Notes under the pieces: generated by a model
Told to the model about the DNA's origin: nothing
Database searches by the model: none
The model's input: only the letters and a program-made list of their open reading frames with translations
Source of the DNA: Bdellovibrionales bacterium
Lineage (GTDB): Bacteria; Bdellovibrionota; Bdellovibrionia; Bdellovibrionales; UBA1609
Direction: 5' to 3'
Assembly: GCA_027317865.1 (NCBI GenBank)
Contig: DAHVQG010000001.1
Span: forward strand, 256,001 to 320,000
DNA length: 64,000 nt
Made by a program: the position numbers and the translations under genes
Shown here: in pieces, positions 57,247 through 64,000 of the stretch
Position numbering within the stretch: the stretch's first letter is position 1
How the letters are laid out: every line of letters starts with the position of its first letter

Positions 57247-59640
57247 CTAAGGTTCAACAAGTGCGGCGTCAATGCCTTGGCGAATTTCGTCGACAAACAA
57301 AATCTCCATTTCTTTAAGCGCTTCAGCAGGCAAGTCGGATAAGTCTTTTTTATTTGGGCGCGGCAAAATGACTCGGCGGATCCCGGCCCGACGGGCCGCG
57401 AGAAGTTTTTCTTTAATTCCACCAACCGGCAATACCAAACCGCTCAGGGTAATTTCGCCAGTCATCGCCGTATCAGTACGCATTGGGCGGCGGGTATACA
57501 GCGATGCGATGGCGGTCGCAATGGCAAGACCGGCCGATGGCCCGTCTTTGGGTATCGCGCCAGAAGGGACGTGAACGTGAATTCCGCTTTTAGGTGGAAT
57601 ATCCATTGTGCCGAGTTCGCCAGAAGACACATAGCTCAGAGCAGCTTGAATCGATTCGCGCATTACGTTGCCCAATTGGCCGGTCATAGTAAGACCTTCG
57701 TGGTCTTTGATTAATTTTGTTTCAATGTATAAAACTTCGCCGCCATATTCCGTCCATGCGAGTCCTGTAGCGACGCCGATACGGGCTTTTTCACGGGCGG
57801 TTTCTTCGAAAAAGTGTTCGGGGCCCAAGTAATCAGACAAATTTTCAATATGAATTTCAATCGATTTTACCTGGCCGTGCGCAATCTGCACCGCAACTTT
57901 TCGGCAGACGCGTCCAAGCGTTCGCTCAAGTTCGCGCAGTCCCGCTTCGCGCGTATACCGGCGGATAATACTTTTAACGGCGTCGTCGTCAATTTTCAAA
58001 TTCACCTGCGACAAGCCCGAAAGTTCAAGTTGCCGGGGCCAAAGATATTTTTTGGCGATGACGAGTTTTTCTTCTTCGGTATATCCTGAAAGCCGCAGAA
58101 CCTCCATGCGATCGAGCAGCGGAGCGGGGACAGTTTCAAGCGAATTTGCCGTTGCAATAAAAAACACTTTTGATAAATCAAAATTTAAATCCAAATAGTT
58201 ATCGCGAAACGTGACATTTTGAACTGGGTCGAGAACTTCCATTAAAGCGGCGGCGGGGTCGCCTCTAAAATCGCGCCCCAACTTGTCGATTTCATCGAGC
58301 ATAAAAAGCGGATTATTCACTCCTGCACGCCGGATGCCCTGAATGATTCGGCCGGGCATTGCACCCACGTAAGTTCGCCGGTGACCGCGAAGTTCCGCTT
58401 CGTCGTGCATGCCGCCGAGACTGATGCGCTCGAAAACACGCCCAAGAGCTTTTGCGATTGATTGGCCAAGCGAAGTTTTACCCGTACCAGGCGGGCCAAC
58501 AAAACAAAGGATCGGCGATTTAGCCTTTGGGTTGAGTTTCAAAACGGCAAGCTGTTCGATAATTCGATCTTTTACTTCTCTAAGATTGTGGTGATCGGTA
58601 TCAAGAATTTCGCGAGCACGGTCGAGATCGAGATTGTCGGTCGTCGATTTGCTCCACGGCAATTCTAAGATTAAATCAATATAGGAGCGAATGACCTGAT
58701 ATTCGGAGGCTGAAGGGGGCAATGCAGTCAAACGATTAATTTCACGTTCAACTTCGGGTAGAACTTCTGGCGGGAGTCGAGCGTCGTCGATTCGTTCTTT
58801 TAGGGCTTCAACGTCGGCTTCTCCGCTGCTTTCTTCACCGAGTTCGGCTTGAATTGCGCGCAATTGCTGGCGAAGGACGTACTGACGCTGCTCTTTGCTC
58901 ATTTCACTGCTGGTTCGCGATGCGATCTGCTTTCTTACTTCCAATACCTGCTGCTCGTGAGTGAGATGCTCAATCATAAGTTTTAGCGTACCAGTTGCCG
59001 ATTTCGTTTCGAGCAAAGCTTGCTCTTTTTCATAATCAAGCCCGATGAGCGTCGCAAGCAAATAAGCCTTAGCCACGGGATCCTTGATACTTGCGACAAT
59101 GTCAGGGATTGAAATTTGAGTTTCGGACTCGCTAACCGTACCGTCGCGCTTGTCCGCGCCAAAAGACAGCTTGGCTCGGCCGAGCATTTGAATGTTAGTA
59201 GCTATCTCAAGCATATTGGCTTCGAGTGCTTCTACTTGAACCGGATCGTCGGGAGACATCAAAAAAGGTTTATACTCAGCAAGCAGATAACCATCTTTCG
59301 TGGTCAAACTCGTAATTTCGACCCGTTCGATTCCGCTGACTAAAATAGTGACGACGTTGTGGGATTGTGTAATTTGCTTTATTGACGAACGCGTCCCCAC
59401 TTTAAATATATTGTCAAATGTCACATCTTCGTCTTCGATGCGTCTCTGCGTAACCGTAATGAGCGATTTATCTTCACTTGCTAAAGCGGTGTCGATCGCC
59501 GCTCGAGACAAGTGGCGTGCAGCTGATATCGGGAAGAACAAGTGCGGAAATACCACCGTGTTTTTAAGCGGCAATAACGGTAATTGACGGAGAAGCTTCG
59601 AAGTGGCCATGCTGAATTTATCCAGCAAGAAGTGCACCAA
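57247..59640 (-). CDS. lon: ATP-dependent Lon protease
   Basis: [48 protein letters not shown]. Confidence 0.96.
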   Translation of the reverse strand: MVHFLLDKFSMATSKLLRQLPLLPLKNTVVFPHLFFPISAARHLSRAAIDTALASEDKSLITVTQRRIEDEDVTFDNIFKVGTRSSIKQITQSHNVVTILVSGIERVEITSLTTKDGYLLAEYKPFLMSPDDPVQVEALEANMLEIATNIQMLGRAKLSFGADKRDGTVSESETQISIPDIVASIKDPVAKAYLLATLIGLDYEKEQALLETKSATGTLKLMIEHLTHEQQVLEVRKQIASRTSSEMSKEQRQYVLRQQLRAIQAELGEESSGEADVEALKERIDDARLPPEVLPEVEREINRLTALPPSASEYQVIRSYIDLILELPWSKSTTDNLDLDRAREILDTDHHNLREVKDRIIEQLAVLKLNPKAKSPILCFVGPPGTGKTSLGQSIAKALGRVFERISLGGMHDEAELRGHRRTYVGAMPGRIIQGIRRAGVNNPLFMLDEIDKLGRDFRGDPAAALMEVLDPVQNVTFRDNYLDLNFDLSKVFFIATANSLETVPAPLLDRMEVLRLSGYTEEEKLVIAKKYLWPRQLELSGLSQVNLKIDDDAVKSIIRRYTREAGLRELERTLGRVCRKVAVQIAHGQVKSIEIHIENLSDYLGPEHFFEETAREKARIGVATGLAWTEYGGEVLYIETKLIKDHEGLTMTGQLGNVMRESIQAALSYVSSGELGTMDIPPKSGIHVHVPSGAIPKDGPSAGLAIATAIASLYTRRPMRTDTAMTGEITLSGLVLPVGGIKEKLLAARRAGIRRVILPRPNKKDLSDLPAEALKEMEILFVDEIRQGIDAALVEP

Positions 59641-59741
59641 TCAACAGTGCGAACAGTATAATGGGTTATAAGCCGGGCTACGTGGCAAATTGGGGATTTG
59701 ACGTGGCCCATCTGGACATTGTGGTTTTGCAGTTGAACCGC

Positions 59742-60224
59742 TCAATGGCGAGTTTCGCGTTCTTTTTTGTGTTGTAAATCAGTGAGCGATGCAAGGTCGT
59801 CGAGGGTTTTTGTAAGTGTTTTAAAAATATCTTGTGCGGAAACAAAACCCGTTAAACTTCCAGATTTATCAACAACGGGCAGGCGGCCGATCCCGTGGTT
59901 TTTCATTTTATTTACAAGCGCAAAAACATCGTCTGTTTCATGGGCCACATCAACCGGCTTGGTCATAATGTCACCGACGAGTATTTTATCGGTAGGCACA
60001 TCTTGTGCACATGTTTCAATGGTAATGTCACGGTCTGTGATAATGCCTACTGGAATCATTTTACCGTTGCGTTTATCCACGACAACAACGTCGCCAATAT
60101 GATTTTCGCGCATCAATTTTGCGGCATCCGTTACCGTAGCCATTGTATCGATGCAGACGACATTCGCGGATTGAATAAATTTTGACTGATTCGATTTCTG
60201 ATAAGATTTTTGAACTGGTTCCAT
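59742..60224 (-). CDS. CBS-domain pair protein
   Basis: AAKLMRENHIG, GIITDRDI, RLPVVD; start after AGGAG at 60224. Confidence 0.9.
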   Translation of the reverse strand: MEPVQKSYQKSNQSKFIQSANVVCIDTMATVTDAAKLMRENHIGDVVVVDKRNGKMIPVGIITDRDITIETCAQDVPTDKILVGDIMTKPVDVAHETDDVFALVNKMKNHGIGRLPVVDKSGSLTGFVSAQDIFKTLTKTLDDLASLTDLQHKKERETRH

Positions 60225-60319
60225 ATTTTGCTCCTTTTGAATACTGTTGTTCAAAAAAAGCAAAAAATGTTCCACTTAGAAATGAAGTGGCTCGGCTATA
60301 TTAAAGCATAATGAAGCAA

Positions 60320-61162
60320 TTAACCGGCGCGGCGTACCGCTGGACGGGCGATAAGACGTCGCGAATTTGTATTTCGGTTTAGAATTTCAGAACAGTTGGT
60401 CTCAGCATCAGGGGATGAAGCCTCGCGAATCAAGTCTTCAATATCCATGGATAATTGAATCTCCCAAGCAGTAGCGCCGGTCTTCGATAAAAGCTGAGCT
60501 GCCGCGTAACGCGGTGTTGGGCCAGCTAGGCCAAGTTCTCGCCATCGAAAAATTTTGGTCACAGTCCAATCGACGATGCGTTCAAGAATTTCCAATTGTT
60601 TACGTGTTCGCGATATTTGTTCACCCGCAGCTAAACGTGCTTGTAGGTGGGCCATTTCACTCGGCATAGTTTTGCGCAGTGCTTGCAAGCGATTCTTATA
60701 TAAGACCTGATAAAGTTGTTTATAGAAAGTGTTTTGTTTGTATATTCCTTCGATGCGATTGGTTTCGTCGCGTGTATTAATAAAGTTGTTTCGTTCGGCT
60801 CCTTGCAACTTGCTACCGTCAATTCCGTCAAATCGCGCCAGGCGCGTCGCGAGATCTTCCGGTCCGTTGTAGCCATATTTTTGCAGTGATTCGATTTGCT
60901 GCAGTTTTGGCCAATCATGAAGTGCTGCATATTGTTCGACGAGTCTCAAATTTAAATCCGGGAATACTTTCATAACGCGAAACGATCGGTCTTGCGCAAT
61001 TAAGTAAGCGATAGGCATGTACAGCTTAACCAATTCGATGTGCTCGATCGTATGAGAGCGAAATTCGTTCGCGGTGAGCGCTACAGCGTATCGGCCAGTG
61101 CCCGCGCTCAGTACAATTATAGACGTTAAAACGAAAAGTTGACCCTTCAGTTTCAAAAACAT
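60320..61162 (-). CDS. Exported hypothetical protein with HD-domain-like residues
   Basis: Signal peptide (AVA); H(TIE)H...LHDWPK...IVD pattern; NCSEIL near the C-terminus. Confidence 0.6.
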   Translation of the reverse strand: MFLKLKGQLFVLTSIIVLSAGTGRYAVALTANEFRSHTIEHIELVKLYMPIAYLIAQDRSFRVMKVFPDLNLRLVEQYAALHDWPKLQQIESLQKYGYNGPEDLATRLARFDGIDGSKLQGAERNNFINTRDETNRIEGIYKQNTFYKQLYQVLYKNRLQALRKTMPSEMAHLQARLAAGEQISRTRKQLEILERIVDWTVTKIFRWRELGLAGPTPRYAAAQLLSKTGATAWEIQLSMDIEDLIREASSPDAETNCSEILNRNTNSRRLIARPAVRRAG

Positions 61163-61302
61163 AACAGTTGCATACTATCACGAGTCAGTTTTCGATAAGA
61201 AAAAATTAATCACCAGCCTCAAAACTTAATGACACCGCGCTGAACCGACAAAATCCGGCGCGTGTAAAAAAGTTCGACAAAAAATTCAAGTAACAATATT
61301 AA

Positions 61303-63666
61303 TTAAAGTTTTGCCGAACGCAGGCGCAATGCATTTGATATGACCGAGACCGAGCTAAAACTCATCGCCGCCGCAGCGATGATGGGGCTTAGTAGAAGTC
61401 CAAAAAACGGGTAGAGCACACCTGCCGCAATCGGAATTCCAATTGAGTTGTAGACGAAAGCAAAAAATAAATTTTGCCGAATATTTGAAAGCGTGCGTTC
61501 ACTTAAGCTTCGCGCTTTTAAAATTCCTGAAAGGTCGCCTTTGACGAGTGTGACGTCCGCCGATTGAATGGCGACGTCCGTGCCGGTTCCCATTGCGATG
61601 CCTACCTGGGCTTGCGCCAAAGCTGGAGCATCGTTTACGCCGTCACCAGCGACAGCGACGATTCGACCTTGATTTTGCAAATCGCGTACAACGTCACGCT
61701 TTTGCTTTGGCAATACTCCGGCAAAAACGCGCGGAATGTTCAGCTTTTTCGCGACCACTTGAGCCGACACATTGTGGTCGCCTGTAACCATAATGATTTC
61801 GACGCCATGATCTTGCAAACTACGAATGACTGCAGTCGCGGAATCTTTAATAGGGTCGGTAATCGATAAAATACCAGCTAATTGTTTGTCGATGGCAAGA
61901 TAAACTACAGTTGCGCCGCTTTCTCGCCATATATTGACGGCGCTTTCGGCAAGTGAAACGTCAATATTTTGTTTATTCATGTAGGTGACGTTGCCCACGT
62001 CTGTTTGATGAGTCGTGGTCGAGTTTGGGGCGTGTACAACAGCTGTTGCTCCCATGCCGGTTTCGGAGCGAAAATCGGTAACGGGCAAGATCACGGTGCC
62101 TGAGGTTTTTGCGGCTGCGACGACCGCTGCGGCTAGAGGATGTTCGCTTGCTGCTTCTACGCTAGCTGCAAATTGCAAAGCCGTTCGTTCGTCAAACGAT
62201 TGAAAAGTTTTAAGCGCTGAAAATGTAGGCTTGCCCGTCGTTAACGTGCCAGTTTTATCGACAACAAGGGTATTAACTTTTCGAAGGTGTTCAATCGCTT
62301 CGGCGTTACGAAACAAAACGCCCATGGTCGCACCTCGGCCCATTGCAACAGTAATAGAAACCGGTGTCGCAAGACCTAAAGCGCACGGGCACGCAATAAT
62401 AAGGACGGCAACGGCGTTAACAAGCGCGTGCGCGAATCGCGGCTCCGGTCCCCACACGAACCAAACGACAGCCGTGACAATAGCGCACAGTACAACGGCA
62501 GGAACAAAATAACCGGCCACCGTATCGGCGAGCTTTTGAATAGGTGCGCGCGATCTTTGCGCTTCAGAAACCATCTGTACGATTTGCGAAAGGAGGGTGT
62601 CGCGCCCGACGTGTTCGGCACGAATCAAAAGTGAGCCGGTGCCATTGATTGTGCCGGCAATAACTTTGGCGCTTACAGCTTTTTCGATAGGAATCGATTC
62701 GCCCGTTACCATCGACTCGTCTACTGATGAGGCTCCTTCAAGCACCACGCCATCAACGGGAATTTTTTCGCCAGGTCGAATGCGCAGGCGGTCACCGACA
62801 ATAACGCTTTCGATAGGTACATCGTTTTCTGCGCCATTGAGCTCAATTCGCCGTGCTGTTTTGGGTGAAAGTCCCAAAAGTGATTTAATGGCGGAGGTTG
62901 TGCGGTTACGCGCCCGCAGCTCAAGCACTTGGCCGAGAAGCACAAGGGTGACGATCATCGATGCCGCTTCAAAATAGGTGGCCACACCACCCGTGCGCGG
63001 ATCGTGAAATGACGGCGGGAATAACCCGGGCAACAAAACCGCGACTAAACTGTATACATAAGCGACAAGTACGCCAAGGCCGATCAAAGTAAACATATTG
63101 AGGTTTCGGTGCTTGAGAGACGCCCAAAAGCGAACAAAGAACGGGAACCCCGCCCACACCACGACCGGCGTTGAAAGAACCAGCTCAATCCATTTTGAAC
63201 TGCGAGCTAAGAACCCGTGCAAATCGTGTGCGCTCATGGCCAAGAACATGGCCGGTACACTTAAAGCAACTCCAAACCAAAACCGTTTCGACATATCTTT
63301 AAGTTCCGAATCGTCTTCAGGTGCATCCGTGATCAAAATGGGCTCAAGGGCCATGCCGCAAATCGGGCAGGCTCCTGGGCCTATCTGCTTTATCTCGGGA
63401 TGCATGGGGCACGTGTATTCAGCATTCGAAGCGTGAATTATTTGCGTTGAATGCGCGTGATCGGAGTGTGCGTGGTTTGGTTGCGAATGATGTGAGTGAG
63501 AATGATTTGTCGTTTTGTTTAAATACGACTCGGGATTCTGCTCGAATTTTGCTTTACATTTGGGATTACAAAAATAGTACGTTTGCCCATTGTAGTCTGT
63601 GTGACCGCCTTTTGCAGTTTGTGGATTGACGGTCATACCGCAAACAGGATCTTTAACTGAGTCCAA
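61303..63666 (-). CDS. copA: Cu(I)-type heavy-metal P1B ATPase with YHS and heavy-metal-binding N-terminal domains
   Basis: DPVCGM...[45 protein letters not shown]...P, MSFSS; likely TTG start at 63666 after AGGAG. Confidence 0.93.
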   Translation of the reverse strand: MDSVKDPVCGMTVNPQTAKGGHTDYNGQTYYFCNPKCKAKFEQNPESYLNKTTNHSHSHHSQPNHAHSDHAHSTQIIHASNAEYTCPMHPEIKQIGPGACPICGMALEPILITDAPEDDSELKDMSKRFWFGVALSVPAMFLAMSAHDLHGFLARSSKWIELVLSTPVVVWAGFPFFVRFWASLKHRNLNMFTLIGLGVLVAYVYSLVAVLLPGLFPPSFHDPRTGGVATYFEAASMIVTLVLLGQVLELRARNRTTSAIKSLLGLSPKTARRIELNGAENDVPIESVIVGDRLRIRPGEKIPVDGVVLEGASSVDESMVTGESIPIEKAVSAKVIAGTINGTGSLLIRAEHVGRDTLLSQIVQMVSEAQRSRAPIQKLADTVAGYFVPAVVLCAIVTAVVWFVWGPEPRFAHALVNAVAVLIIACPCALGLATPVSITVAMGRGATMGVLFRNAEAIEHLRKVNTLVVDKTGTLTTGKPTFSALKTFQSFDERTALQFAASVEAASEHPLAAAVVAAAKTSGTVILPVTDFRSETGMGATAVVHAPNSTTTHQTDVGNVTYMNKQNIDVSLAESAVNIWRESGATVVYLAIDKQLAGILSITDPIKDSATAVIRSLQDHGVEIIMVTGDHNVSAQVVAKKLNIPRVFAGVLPKQKRDVVRDLQNQGRIVAVAGDGVNDAPALAQAQVGIAMGTGTDVAIQSADVTLVKGDLSGILKARSLSERTLSNIRQNLFFAFVYNSIGIPIAAGVLYPFFGLLLSPIIAAAAMSFSSVSVISNALRLRSAKL

Positions 63667-63868
63667 GATGTGCTCCTCGCAAACAAGTACGTCTAACACG
63701 AAACATTGCTGTTGTACCGACGTGCAGGGTAAAGAAAAAAATTCACCCACGACGACGCTTTTTGTTTATCTCTCATATTCAGGGGTCGAAGTGGCCCTTA
63801 ACGGGTCGGAATTGTCTCTTTAACCGTAAGATTGCCTATTACGCAACTGTAATTTAAAGCTGATCTGC

Positions 63869-63884
63869 TGGCATAGATACTGCT
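63869..63884 (+). promoter_or_regulatory. Putative sigma54 promoter
   Basis: TGGCATAGATACTGCT (GG-N10-GC) upstream of RBS GGAGG and ATG 63931. Confidence 0.55.
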
Positions 63885-63930
63885 AACCCTCCCATTAAGT
63901 GCTTTAAGAAACTTACGGCGGAGGTGTGCG

Positions 63931-63999
63931 ATGTGGTCTTGTGTCCCCAGTCGGGTGGTCATGGTAGACGATGACGCAGATGACTTTCATCTTGTGCGC
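63931..63999 (+). CDS. Response-regulator receiver domain protein, partial (runs off window)
   Basis: MWSCVPSRVVMVDDDADDFHLVR receiver N-terminus. Confidence 0.6.
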   Translation, partial: MWSCVPSRVVMVDDDADDFHLVR

Positions 64000-64000
64000 A

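Overview
Bacterial chromosomal window. Gene content (Agl-Glt-type gliding motor cluster, GYF_2-PilZ protein, many signal-peptide orphans, sigma54-type promoters) suggests a Bdellovibrionota/Oligoflexia-like organism; this is inferred from gene content only. 1-9.3 kb: a large TPR gene running off the left edge (missing from the ORF track) plus a PilZ gene, divergent from an Ig-repeat/cglF/gltG/aglRQS-like operon followed by a prolyl oligopeptidase. 11-24 kb: YceI/LysR, EmrAB-type efflux, a solute-binding protein plus hybrid kinase, and three secreted proteins (C1 peptidase, DUF3443-like, Phi-1-like). 24.5-47.3 kb: an accessory island bracketed by tRNA-Thr 3' fragments. It holds a sigma54-preceded operon of eight tightly coupled exported proteins of unknown function followed by a small 2-TM gene, a stack of toxin-antitoxin modules separated by integrase arm-like repeats, integrase/excisionase/Replic_Relax genes with a 131-bp branched inverted repeat, a CheB-CheR hybrid kinase, and an IS3 that truncates an IS481. 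47-64 kb: rhodanese, SRAP, an S53 protease whose C-terminal tail looks like the missing first strand of the FN3 domain in the adjacent lipoprotein, a sialidase-like protein, YbhB, HPF-CSD, Lon, CBS and a Cu-type P-ATPase. Best candidates for undescribed systems: the exported multi-protein operon at 25.2-32.5 kb and the split-FN3 protease/lipoprotein pair at 49.9-52.1 kb. All calls are from motif recognition by eye; no database searches were run.
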